A stretch of 63,782 nt of DNA, counting the filler, from Intoshia linei (lineage: Eukaryota > Animalia > Orthonectida), in NCBI GenBank assembly GCA_001642005.1. It is 4 parts of 4 records of this genome, joined end to end, with 100 filler letters (N's around TTAATTAATTAA, not from the genome) between each part and the next. Parts side by side here need not be neighbours in the genome. Positions count along the whole stretch, not along the records: positions 26,692 to 58,364 come from LWCA01000339.1; 3 more parts are not named here. The stretch is one strand, 5' to 3'. Each line of letters begins with the position of its first letter. Positions within the stretch are counted from its first letter, which is position 1. The translations under genes were made by a program, and so were the position numbers. A model generated the notes under the pieces. It was not told the origin of the DNA and made no database searches. It saw only the letters and a program-made list of their open reading frames with translations. Shown one piece after another: positions 41,038 to 54,871 of this stretch.

Positions 41038-44000
41038 ATGGTTAACGAAAAACATAAAAACCCGCTATTTTCAAAGTGGATAAAAGAATTGTATAAATAT
41101 GCAAATTTCTATAATAATTTAAATAGATATGAAGAAACTGTTAAGAAAAACAGCAAAACGAGATTTACTTTGAAAGAGGTAACTTTAGATAAAAATTTTC
41201 GTCAAATAATTACCAATACATAATGTAATATCATCTTCCATGTAAATTACACAGTGTAATGGTGTCAAGTTGGAATCAAGCGCAATGCCAAACAAACGTC
41301 TGAATTAAACGACATTATAAATGTGAAAACTAAACCAATTATAATAATAATAATGATGGGCGTAATGACATTGTTAGTGAAGTTATTGGCTGAACGAAAT
41401 TAATCAAATTTTTTTGGTAGTTAAAAATCATATGCAGGTTAATTCCTCGTTAACGGAACAATTGGTTCTAAAAAAAATCATTCCGATAACGAGGGGTTTT
41501 TTGGAAAAATATTCTTGTTAACATAATTTTTTATAAAGCATGATACATTAAATCAGTGGCTCCGATTGGAATCTAAAATTATATGGCAGGGTCCGTGAGA
41601 TTCAAATAAAATATAGAAAAATTTTTATCAATTTTTGTTTATTTTTATAGGAGAATTTTTAATATTTATTGCAGAGTTTCCAGATGTTGATTATCCCAAA
41701 GCCTAGATCAGGGCTGCACAACTTTTCCACCAATTCAGCCACAATGCTACTTTTCTCATTGATACTACGGCCGCACAAAATTTACTTTGACATTGAGAAA
41801 GTTTACTCTGGACCTAAATTTTAGGTCTAATAAAATAGTTTTCTTTAAATTTTAATATCAGCAAGTTTTAATTAAAATTAATTCTTAATTCACTCATATA
41901 AATTAACACCACATTTGTCATTTATCTTAATCGGAATAAATAGCAATAGTAGGATTAATGCAGTGCTTCTCATGAGGGTGAATACGAAAATTTAGATGAT
42001 TGTAGGCTTATCCACAATTTTTAACATATTTCATTAAATCATCCAATTTAATATAATCTTATCAGAAAAAACCAAAATTTTACCAACCCTTAAGGAAGAA
42101 ATCCTTTTTTACCAAAGTTTTAAAATAAAAGATACCCTATCTGATTCCAAAAGATCAAAAACCAAGTTTTACCAACCCTTAAGGAAAAAAATCGCTTTTA
42201 TTATTATGTTTATGAAAAATCTCCTTTTACTAATATTTTTTTGAAAAAACATTAATCATTAAGGTTTCGATAAATTATTAATAATAATTGGACAACAGAA
42301 AAAAGTTCAATTAAAAACCGATTTGTTGATACATTAGAGTGGAAGACATACCAAACAATATGTAAATATTAATAATGACATAAAAAAAGATATCAGTGAC
42401 TGCCTTGATTTTGTGTGCCGTTCGTTAACATTTGAGAAACTGGGGCAAAGTCAAGAATGTAATTTTTTCATTAAAATATTTTAAATAGACTTTGAATAAA
42501 ATCTCATTTCAACTTTTCAATTTGAAGTAAAATGATATATTGCATTATGATCAGATTTAATTGACCACGGCCGCACGTTGTGCACCCCTGGCCTAGATGA
42601 TTGCTACATTATTACTTCTAAAATCTCACTTTCACCCACCATTAAAAAAATTTAATAAAAAATAGTATTTCCAGGCTTTAAGGAAAAATTAACTTTTACC
42701 GATATTTTTTACAAAAATCTGATTTTACGAAACCTTATGAAAAAAATCCAATTTTACTAATATTTAATACCCTTTTTCCATTTTTTTTTGAGAAACACGA
42801 TTTTAACAAAAGCTTATGGGCAATAACTTTCTAATTAAACCCAAAACAAAAAAATGAAATTTTACCAATTCTCAATATAAAAATTTTCTTATTTGCCAAT
42901 ATTTTTTTGAAAAATACGATTTTATAAAATTCTATTATGAAAAACCTTTAATTTTTTCATCAATGTTTTATAAATCATGTTTCACTTGGGGTCCAAAAAA
43001 ATAATCGAAAAAGTTTTATTATAATTATGATGCTAGTCATTTTAAAATTTAACTGAATTTTTCTACTTTAGAAAAATTTACACTCCGTTAATCAATAATT
43101 TTTTTTGTTAAATATGAATTATCCTGTACTTTTAAATTAATTTGATAATGTATAAATGCATAAAATAAAAAAGAATACTAGACGTTATTATTTTTAATTG
43201 TTTTGAAATTTTTTAACTACATTTCTGCGACACGGTTCGTAGTTTGTGTTCGGAATTAGAACTTGGGATTACATTTTGTTAAATGTTTTTGTTGATGAAA
43301 TTTTAAAGTTTTCACCTGAAACGGTGTTGCAAAACTTTTACATTTGAAAATATTCATGGATCACGAAATGATCCGGATGTCATACATTGAGAATGCCTTA
43401 GGTATGACTCAACTTTTTAAATTTCTTGGAAGTGTGACTAATAGAAATAAGGTTTAGAAACTGACATATAATCTAACTAATATATATATGACCTAACAAA
43501 ATATTTTAAATTTAATGATACGTTTTTTTGGTTTTTCCGTCAATATTTAAAATACATTTTAACCGGTTTTAGCCGTTATTCTCATCTAATCTATATAAGT
43601 GTTATGATTTTTGTTTACATTTTTAATTTAGGCTTACAATTCTATTTTAAAGTACCCGATGGCTCTCAATTCTGGCAAAGAATGCTACATTCTTCGTGGA
43701 TTTGGTATTATTAAAATTTTGTGAACATGTCTTGGATATGTGAATAAAGATCGTGTCTAGAAAACAAACCGGCAAAACTATCGGCTACTTTTCCTAGTAT
43801 ATTTTCTTAGACTTATCACTTTCAAGACAATTTGTATATTACGAAAATCCCGCCTTAAATGATTAATAAGTTTGAATTTTTTTAATTCAACTTTACTCAT
43901 CAAGTTTTTGTTGATGTGCTTTAATTTAGTTACATTTTAAATATTTTATATTTTATTCCACAGGCAAGAAAACCTGTGAGTATATTGACAAAAAACTTGA

Positions 44001-47000
44001 AGAATACGTAGCCACGTCAGGCCATCATGTCATTACACATCCTAATACAGTATTACCAAATGTATGTTCTCAATTAAATGAAACTTCAAGCAATTCCAAT
44101 ATAGATGATATTTTACAGAAATGTGATGTAAAAATATTTAAATTAACTTGATTAAAAAATTGGCAACTTCAATTTTTAAAAATGCATTTCAAATATAATA
44201 CAATTTTATATAGTCAATTTAATATACCCTAATTTATAATTTTTCATTTTTAGGGGATTTATATTGAAAAAAAGGAAAAAGGTATTTTAACAAATATAAA
44301 ATATTGTCCCCAATATAAAAGCGGTGTATATGGACTACTTATTGCTCTTTTCGGATTTCAAGTTTTATTTCTTGTGTATTTTTATTTATTGTGCCTAGCA
44401 ACGAGATTTAAAACCTTTTAAAAAAGATTTAATTGATCGTGCTCAATCATTTTCTACTGCTTCGTATACCAAGGTTTTAGTTTTTTTTAATTTTTATTAT
44501 AAGGTTCTAAATATTATTTAGCCGTCAAGAATAAATTCACTTTACACGGCGTGGTCTTCTTGTCGGGATTTAATCAGACAAGGTTACGTGGAAAAATCTT
44601 TTGTTGGTCGTTTATGTAGGTACGTTAAAATAATTAATTACTATTTAATCATTACATTTCAAAATAATTGATTATTTTTAGATTTAATTTAACTATCCAA
44701 GGAATTGAATTGTGTGAAAAGATGTTTAATTTAATCGATGGGTTAGATTTATTGTTTTGTTTTAATCTTTTTTTGAATTGAAATTATTTTGAAATTTTAA
44801 GCTTAGAAAATGTGACGATAATTTTTGTGTTGATACAGATAAAAGCGATTTTAAAAAAATGAAAATTTCCATTTCTGAATCTCTTGGAAAGCCTCATTCG
44901 GAAATAAAACGAATGGAACCATCAACCTCGTTAAAATTGTAAATGTAAAATTTTATTTATATTTTAGATCGTGTGAAATGTCTTATTCTAAAAATGATTC
45001 TAATTCATTAAAAAAATGCTATCTAAGTCAACCTACTTGTCAAACTCCAAAATCATGTAATCAAATAAAATGCATTTCTAGTTCTCAAAATGTTATACTT
45101 GATGAAAATGAACAGGACGATTTAAATTTTTTTTGTTCTAATGAAATGGATTTTGATCCGTATTATCAAGATGATGATTCAATCAAAGTTGATCTGGAAT
45201 GTATCGAAATTAATTCTGATTCAGGTTTTATTTTTTTATTATGTATTGTATATTCCCGTCCGAGTATACCCGTATCGAATTTCATTAAATATGAACAATT
45301 AAAGGGAAATAAAAATTATTCAAAAGTTAACTTTGCCAACACTTGAAAAAATCAATTTTAAAATTACACACATACGAAATGAATAGTATAATCTATTCTG
45401 ATGCGAAAATACCGTGCGCGAGATGTCTGAAAACTTTTTGTAAACGATGCGTAATTGCATATAGTTACTAACCAAGTCTTTACTGGTTTTAAGGTTAAAC
45501 TTTCAAACTCGAAAGTTTAAATTTGACACGCTAAAGACTAATGATATTGAAAATTTGGTCCCATAATACAAAAATTTAGTCAAGTATCGTTGAGGGTCAC
45601 GGTAGGGTACGTTCGTTCTGAATCCATTCATCACAATTCTAAAACTATTAATATTATTAATAATTAATGAAATAATGCCCTGATTGTGCTTTTTTACACG
45701 TCGGTTGACACAACTTTTTTTATTATATAGTTTAGATTCTGATGACTGCATCGTTAGCCAAATTATCAAACCTGAAACTATCAATACATCAAATAAATTA
45801 CAATCAACTCTTCAAAATCTAAATTCTGAACCATTTTATGATTTAACTGAGTTGCAAGTCAATAAAAGCATTCCACAACATTTGCCTGGATTTGAAGAAA
45901 TAAGATGTTGCAATTTTAAAATAGTTCTAATCGTAGATAATATGGAATTTTGTACTAGGTTTGTTTATTGTAATTTATAGATTTAATTAAATTTAGATCT
46001 GAAAATGAAAAAAAAATTGTTTTAAAAGAATTGGAAGGGATTTCTTATGATTTCAGAAAATTGGAAATTGGAGATTTTTTATGGATAGCTGTTGATCAAT
46101 CTACAAGTAAAACATTTTAAATGTATATTATTGAAATAAAATAATGGAATGTATCAAAAAACTTTTAATAGTTCAAAATCTAATCTTTCAAATATCAGTA
46201 TTGAATTTGTTTTAACAAGTAAGATGATTAATCAATGAGAATGAATAAAAGTTATTTTAAAGAAAATGTTATTTATTTTTAACATTAAATTTTTTTGATA
46301 AATTTAATTTATAGGAATGGAATATGTCCTCGAATATATCATAGAACGGAAACGAGTAGATGATTTAGTAAAATCAATTTTGAATGGTAGATTTCATGAA
46401 CAAAAGGTATTGGTTATTCTTAGCATTAATTTCTTTTTAATATAAAATTCTAGTTTAGATTAAAAACTTGTGGTTTACCAAAATTATATTATTTAGTTGA
46501 ACAATATAAAAGGCAACATGTAAATCTTTCACTAGATGAGGGTTGCATAAAACAAGCTTTAATTAATACTGCTGTAAGATCATTTGTGAAATGTTTATTT
46601 TAATTTAGATTATTGATAATTTTGTCATTATTGAAACTCAATCTCTTAAAGATACCTACAAACACATTGCTGAAATGGACAAAATTATAACTGAATATTA
46701 CAAAGTAAATTGTTAAAAATATAATTAAGTCATTCAGAGCCTAATATACCATACTCTATACTCTCGAAGGTTCTAGATCGGTGCTTCTCAATGTAATAAA
46801 CATCATGGGCCCTAAAATATTTATATGTAAATATTAATCATATTTTTAATATTTATTTATGTTTTTCTTCCAATTTCTAAAATATTTAAAGTTTTGTACA
46901 AGTTCGGTTTTACCTTAATTATATTTTCATTTTGAATTTAGATTAAGTGGTTTTTTCTCCGTATATTTGATAAAATTGTAATTTTTAAAAAAAATTAGAA

Positions 47001-50000
47001 AAAGTGGATTTCTCCCTTAAGGGTAGCTAAACTTGTATTTTTTCTTTTGGGTTGGAGTAAGTGGTTTTTTCCTTATATTTGGGAAAAAGTGTATTTTTTA
47101 AAAAATATTGGAAAAAACGGATTTTTAATAATGTTTAATTAATATTAGGGTGACATTGAGTATTTTTAATTCATTTTTCAACGTTAATTTATATAATTGT
47201 GAGCTTCAAACCTAAATCTCCACGTTTTTTAACATTGAGGCATGAATTCTACCATGTATGAAGCTGGAAGTGATAATATTAGCTTTTTAGCAATTTGTGT
47301 AAAAATTTGGTCAAATTGGATTTTTTCTTTAAGAGTTTGTAAAATTAAGTTTTTTTGATCTAAAATTTTAGTAAAATGGGATTTTTCCAAAAAATATTGA
47401 TAAAAGAGAGATTATATCCTTAAGTGTTGCTAAAAATTTGGTTTTTTCTCATAAGATTTTGATATTAAATATACTAAGAGATACTAAATTGAATGAAATA
47501 TGCTAAAGATGTACCATTCACTCACAATTATCTACAATTTTTATGTTTAACCCCCTAATGAAATTATTCGCCCCTTTGGGTAACCACTCACCTCCATGAG
47601 AATCACTGTTCTAGATTCTAGATAAAATTATGTAAATTTGCGATTATTTTTATAATGTGAATTTTTAAAAAAAGTGTTATTTTTTAATATCATAACTGAT
47701 TTGTGTGTCAAATTCAGACTGTCTAGTCCAGGGTCGTGAAGAGATGACTAGACATATTTTATTATGTGTTGTTTCTTAGAAAATTTTTAAGTGTCTTTAA
47801 ATATATCATTTCTAATTTGCGGTCCTCGAATGCGTTAGATTTGGATCTGATATCAGTGGTGACTACCAATCAATCATGGTTGGAGGTTAAATTCAATGTT
47901 ACCATCAATGTGTCAACATAGAAATATATGGTTTATTATCTTGCTGAACTAAATTACTAAATCTCTCAAAATTATTAGATAAAAAGATTTTTCTAAAAAC
48001 CAACGATTAATTGATTTTATGATTAACACAATTTTAAATCTGAAAAATACAGATTGTAAATTATTTAATTTTTTGTTTAATTTAAAAAACCTTAAAATTT
48101 GATGAGTAAAATAATACCAGTAAACTAAAACTAAAAATTTACTTTGATCTCTAAATCAGCGTTTCCCAAAGTCTGGTTCGTGAAAATTTTTTACTAATAA
48201 AAAATTAATTTATTGCGTTAATAATACAACTTCGATAAAAATTGTAATAATATTTCCCAGTAATTTCGCTTTAATGGCTTGCGATAATATTTATAATTTA
48301 TTACTGTTTCACCTTGAAAAAAGTGTAGAACTCTTCTCTAAATTGTTAATTTGAAAGATTTTTTTGAATGGTTGATTTTAGACTCTAATATTTATAGAAT
48401 TACTTTTCTTTTTTTAAATTGTAACAAACTATCAAAAACTACATTCTTAGTATCTACTCGGGGTAAGCCCGAATCTCCACTGAATGATATTTATTTTTTA
48501 TTTCATAAAATATTTCCATTCTTGAATTTAGAATACGACATTGGTTAAAAGTGATAAAATTGGTTTCAATAGTGAAAATAATGATAACATTAAATATGTG
48601 TCAAGTTTTGAACAATTTTCTAAAAAGTCTAGCAAATCCAAGGTAAAAATATGGTTAATTTAGTTTAAAATTATTTACAATGATTAATTTGAAATTTTGA
48701 GATATATGATATGATAAAATCTCACACTCTTAATAAAGTGTCGGGAAATTGATGGTTTACAATATAATCGAAGTTGGGTTGGTACTATTTTTCACTCGCG
48801 AATCAAATTACTATATTGAGACAAATATACGATATTCATTTATTTATATAATTAAAATTATTAACTGATTAATCAAAATTAGTAGTTGAAATACGCAGTG
48901 TTTCCAAATTATTATGATTTAAATGGTTCGTTACTCATTTTTCGCAAATATGGTTTTTGAAAAAACGGTGTGGTATCAATTTTTTGAAATTCTGGGGTTG
49001 TTCTCATTATAAAAAGAAGGGTAATTTGGGGTTTTGGCCCTGAAGATATAATTTATAAATATAAATTTATGATGTTTATTATTTTAGAAATTTTTTAGCA
49101 ATAATGTTATCTTTATTGCGTCGTTAACTCAGTATAATCTGAACTATTGTAACTAGTGCATAAATTAGCTCGCTTTATGCATTGTGTTGGTAAGGTTATC
49201 TATAATTATTTACAATTTATGCATTGCAATATATAAATGTTGATTTACAATTTAAATGTTTATTGTAAAATTTAGTAAGTTTTGAGCCTTTGAATGTTGA
49301 GTAGAATTTATTCAGACAACTATATGCCTGCCACATTGTGGATAATATTTTGTTTTTAATCTCTGTTGGTATATTCATCAACTTAAAATAAAAGAAAAAT
49401 AAAATAAAAATTAACAAACGATAATATAAATACAAATGTAAATGAGTTTGATAGACAATTTTTAATTTGTATATTTAATCGTGGCAACAATACATTATCC
49501 TATTAAAATTATTAATAATCTATTAATTTGAACTAAAGCTTGCTCTAAATTTGGTAGTCAATTTCTAAAATATAATACATATCTATGCATCAGCTTATAT
49601 ATTTTTTTGAATTTTCCAACTCGTTTGATTTTCCAAAAGAGGGACAACTGGGGTTTTTGACCCGTAAGATGTGAAATTGGAAGGTTGAAATTTATCTTAT
49701 ACGTCCCAGAAAAAACTAATTAATTAAGGTAAAATTTGAATTTTTTATTTAAATTCAAACGTTATAAACACACACCTTCAAAGTCAAAACATGGTAATTA
49801 ACATTGTCGTTAATCTCAGTCTCACAAACGCATACCGTCATGGTCAAAACCACAAATTACCATTTGTTTAAAAATGAAACATCGTAAAATTATATAAAAC
49901 ATTAATTCTGGGATAATTTTTAAAATCATAAGCATTATCATAAATTTTAACCTCAAAAAAGTATATTTCACGATAAAAACCCCAGATTACCCTTTTCTTA

Positions 50001-50697
50001 AAAAATTAAAATAGTCTTTGAATTAAAAAAAATTACGGTTGATACAGTTATATTCAGTGAACACATAAAAAAAATTCAATCTAACAAAGTGACGCCAAAT
50101 TCACGGTAAAAAGATCACTTTATTGAACTAAACCCTTAAAGGGGAACTTTCGGTTTATTTTTTACCAAACCCTAAAAGTTTTTTTTTAATATTTTTTTAA
50201 AATGACACTAGTGAAATTTCCCTTCAATGGTTTAATAAAAAATAATCTGAAAAATGCCTTTTGACAGTTTAGTAAAAATTGATACTTATTTACCTAAAAT
50301 CTTCTCAAGTAATCTCATCATCACTGAAAACGTTTATTTAACCACAATACATTTAGAATCTAACTGTTGGAAACATGTGGGCTATTCACCTAATTCAAAT
50401 TTTCGGAGTTTCATTTGATAAAGTTTCTGCAATTGTAAATATATACCCGACATTGCAAAGGTATATTTTTATTAACTAAAATCAAACCCCTAGCTTAATC
50501 AACGCATATAAAGAATGTGACTCTATCGAACAAATGATGAACTTAGTATCTAGTATTCGTTATGGTCCAAATGAAAGGTTAATATTACCCCCTTATTTAC
50601 TTATTTACATTATAAATTTAACAGGGTTATTGGTAAACAAACTAGCGAACAAATTTATAATTTATACGGTAGAATATTTGGAATGAAACTTGGCTAA
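41038..50697 (+). CDS. MUS81: Crossover junction endonuclease MUS81, multi-exon
   Basis: NPLFSKWI...[33 protein letters not shown] (HhH); [16 protein letters not shown] (winged helix); [45 protein letters not shown] (ERCC4 nuclease); C-terminal HLIQIFGVS...YPT...[10 protein letters not shown]. Confidence 0.95.
41709..42590. mobile_element. hAT MITE (same family as 7659-7917), nested in an older element in MUS81 intron 1
   Basis: TIR cagggctgcacaac / gttgtgcacccctg; TSD gcctagat; 41709-41795 is the reverse complement of 7830-7917. Confidence 0.9.
46779..47608. mobile_element. hAT non-autonomous element with internal ~33-bp repeats
   Basis: TIR cggtgcttctca / tgagaatcactg; TSD ttctagat. Confidence 0.88.
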
Positions 50698-52187
50698 CTA
50701 TATTTTTTATTTAATTTATAAAACTTGTAATATTTTGGATAATTAAATTGTAAAAATTTTGAAATTTAAAACAGTAAATCAATTTTGATTGATTAGTATG
50801 AAATTTTTTCAATTTAATGTCATATTTTGATTTAATATTGTATTTGCGTCATTTTAAAAAATTGAAAAACAACATTTGAAATTACAAATTATAATTGGGG
50901 ATTAAAATTGATTTGAAATTCGGTATATCATTATGCCAAAAAATTTTCATTTTTTAATCATACAGGTGTAACATATAATTGGGTCAATTAAATGTAAATA
51001 TAAATATAACTAATGCCAAAGAGAATGTACATTGTACAATATACAAATTGTAATAAAATTACAATTTATATATCGATTCGATCGTAATCTCTTATCTAAT
51101 ATTAGTGTTAATACCCAGTCTGAAATTGTATGATAAACATGAAGATACAATTGTACTCTATTTTTCCAACTTAGTAATAATCTTGTTTCAATTTTTGTAT
51201 GCATCACTGTACTTTAAATAAAATGACGTTACCGGAAATGTTTATTATAAGTATATCATATACCGCACTTTGGTCTAGAACTGTATAAAAATTATTCATG
51301 AAACTGAAAGTTGGTTTATAGATTGACAAATTATACACATAGTAGTGGGAATTAAAAGATTACAAACAGAAAATGAATAATTATCGCAATTGTTTTTTAC
51401 ATTCAATATATGTTACAGTTTAACGACGTCTCGATTTATTCGTTACACGCATAAATCATAAAAATTGGTTTCATGTTTGAGTAATTAAATTATTTCGCAT
51501 ATGCTGACTGGAAAATGAAATCTCCAATATGTACTCTTGCTTTGTTAGCGCTAAGGAGCAATTTGTTTTGTTGTAAACAATTTTAATAAAGTTTTGCATT
51601 AGACATTTTAATATTACTGATTTTATCAAATATAATTTAATCAAGGTATGTATTAAAACTAATTTATATTTATGAGCTAACATTTAATTGCAAAATACAG
51701 ACTTTAGTGTCACTTACTAATATAAATTTATTGTGAATGACATTACCTATTTCCGTGATTTGCTCTTAACATTGAATTTTAATTAATGAAACACTATTGA
51801 TATTTGACGTTATTTTATCGACATGTGTAAAGGTATTTGCATTTACGAATGTGTCATTAGCATCATTTATCTCTTTCGATCAATTCAGTTTATAAATAGT
51901 CATGCCGAGCTGTGAAAGTGTACTTAATCTTACTGTCATTTTTGTGCAATCCGACTGTTTCGTCATTCATTATATCGACTATGCAAAACATTCCTCCCAA
52001 TGGCTAAACATTTGCTGTGATTTTTAAGTGCACCGAAATATATTGCAATCTATATGTGTGTTTCAAGTTCAATTATTGAATTTATAACTCCTCCTAGACA
52101 TTTTATTCCAGCTTTCGTAACATGAGCTAATATCACGAAACTAGATTAACAATTTATATCCGGTCTCATTTATATTTTAGATGCGAG

Positions 52188-54475
52188 ATGAGTTTTAAAC
52201 CCTATAGTTTTCACTTTATTCAAATTACCTGTTTATTTTTGCTCATCTTGAATATCCATTTCGGTAATACTTTTGTTTGTATATTAGTTTTATTAACTAT
52301 TTAGTTGTTTCAAAACTTGAACTATTTGCAAAATCCTCGTGTAAATCTCAAGTTATCAGATTTACGTGTCAACCAAACAGTTACTTATTCTTCTATAGTT
52401 CATTTTTCTCCGACAATGAACCCTCTAAGAATTATTTTGCAGAAAAGAAAAATAATTTTGCAGATTTCGAACAAAAGGAATCCATTTATTCCTACGATAA
52501 CTTGGACTATGAACAGGCCCAAGGCCAAATCAATTCGCACTTTACAAAATGTAATTATCCGCACAATTCCGATATTAATGTTCGGGGGAACTCAAATGTG
52601 CAAGGACAATATCACCCTAAACCCATATACCACCCGGGACCTTATTCTGAACACTATGATAAGAATTGTTATGCAGATGTAACTGACATGACGGAAGACA
52701 TTTGCGGTGGTAGTATTGGTCCATGTCTAATCAATGTCAATGATACAAATTTTCCCCATTCTTGTTCCACCTTGTATGTTTTCTATGTGTGCATTAACCA
52801 AATGCATCTTATTGATTCGTCAAAAATACCAAAGGTTTCAAATTACAATACTCAAACGGATTATGTAAACTCACAATCTATATACAGTGGTCTTATTGCT
52901 TCGCAGAATTTTCCAGACTCTATTTATCGACCTAGTCGCCGCTGGAAATTTAATCTAAATGATCTCAACATGAGGTTTACCATTTTCCATTTCGATTTAG
53001 ACATCATTAAACGGGGTAAATGTGGCGAGTATTTAGAAATTATCTCACCTGGTGGTTATTCCCATGATTTTAAGAATTGTGGTAAACGAGGGTTCGAAAC
53101 TATTTTAATTGAAAACAAAAAGTTTATTGATGTCATTTATCACAATCCTAACCCAAACGAAGGGAAACGTAGTAAAGGATTTGCAATTTATTTTGAAATT
53201 TTTCCGAAAAAATGTCAAATTTCAAATTATGATTACAATATTCAATCAGAATTGCTAATTGTGAAAGATGATTATTATATTGTTCAACAACAATGTCCTC
53301 AAAATTACGTTTTCTTAGATAACCAATTTATTAGATACTTGAAATGTTCTTCTGGGAATTGGAACGATACATTTAATTTAAGATGCATCAGAAAACCTTT
53401 CAATATTACAACAGGTTCTATAATGGACAATTTTTCTGATGGTAAAAATTTATATTGGAATTCTGGCAGTGTTTTAGGAATTTTAGTTGGTGTGGCTCTT
53501 TCAATTTTTGTTATCACTATTGCCATCATTGTTTTATCTTACGAAGTTTATAAACGAAGAAACAGGTTTAAAAAAAGATGTATAGCAAATAATTCTGCTT
53601 ATTTGTTTGATCAAGATATAAACCGGTCAAATTATAAAATTTATAATCGTGGAGATTCGTTTAATCGCGGTTACGGTCCAGGTGCCGTCATGCTTAATGA
53701 TAATAATAATAAAGTAATTTGTTGTAATTGTACTAACCCTGTTCACGTTGAACCGGATTGTTGTTCAAAAAGCTACCAAAAGACTGATATGTGTGATAAT
53801 TTAAAAAACACGTATTCTATGTGTACTTTACTTCCTTACGAAAACCATCTTCACACTTCTTATGCCACTAACCTAGGAAAGTACGGTAAACTAAATTCTT
53901 CTGTAATGTATAATAACGATAAAATCAAACGTAAGAATAGTTTTGAATCAATTTCCGTGAACGTGTCTTCCAATTCAATCAGCCAGTATAAAACCAATGA
54001 TCCCAGTACTTCTTTTTCTAGTAATGAAAGGGGAAATAATTTATCAGACCGAGATGATAGGATTGATAAAAAGGCAATTGAAAAACATAATAAAATTGCC
54101 ATGAAAAAGTTTTGCACACTACACAAGTGTAATCAAGATTCTGATTTTATTAAAGAAATTTCATGCAGTGAAACTGACAGCGAATCAAAAAAGTCAAAAT
54201 CCAAAAAATTGGTAAATTCTTCTATGGAACTCTTAAACTTGGATGATGGCAAAAATAAATCGGAAACGGTGGCACAAGTTTTGACTGACTCTTCAAATTT
54301 AATAACTTTGTCAGATGCAATTCCACCTCAAAATGCAAGTGTTTGCACCGGAAATTTTGAATATGTAAACAAGTGCCAATGTAATGATTCTCCAATTTCA
54401 GAATCTCAATTAATTTGTTATTCTTGTCATGATAGTATGCATTCTACACCAAAATCAAACTTTAAAAAAAGTTGA
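52188..54475 (+). CDS. Single-pass type I membrane protein: SUEL/galactose-lectin-like + CUB + Sushi-like + TM + Cys/Ser-rich tail
   Basis: Signal-peptide exon 52188-52263 (MSFKPYSFHFIQITCLFLLILNIHF) splices in phase 1 across 52264-52304 into the 732-codon ORF. CUB motifs SGLIASQNFP, FTIFHFDLD, C.EYLEI, CG, KGFAIYF; CCP-like C...CPQNY...LKCSSGNW....C; TM VLGILVGVALSIFVITIAIIVL followed by YKRR. Confidence 0.8.
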
Positions 54476-54871
54476 TTTACAAAGATTCATTGATAATTTG
54501 TATTTTGTATATATATTTAATTATTTGATTAAAATGTTAATTTTTATTTTTTTCAATATTTGGGAAAATAAAATTATCGTTTAACATCATGTTTATTTCA
54601 ATTACTTCTGAATGATTTTTGTTACAATTTGTGTATAATTTTTTACTCTAAATTTTTTTTATCATATTTTAAACAAATTACACATTTAAACCTTTCAAGA
54701 ATATTTCAATTTATATCAGTGCTTCAGATATAATTTAATTTAATCTCCAATACTAATAAACTAGGTTATTATTGGATTTGTGATTTCGATATTTTGATGG
54801 TTATTAAATTTAGTGATTCAGAATTTCGAGTGGTTAAATGTGTAAATTATTTAGAAATCAATTTAATTTAT

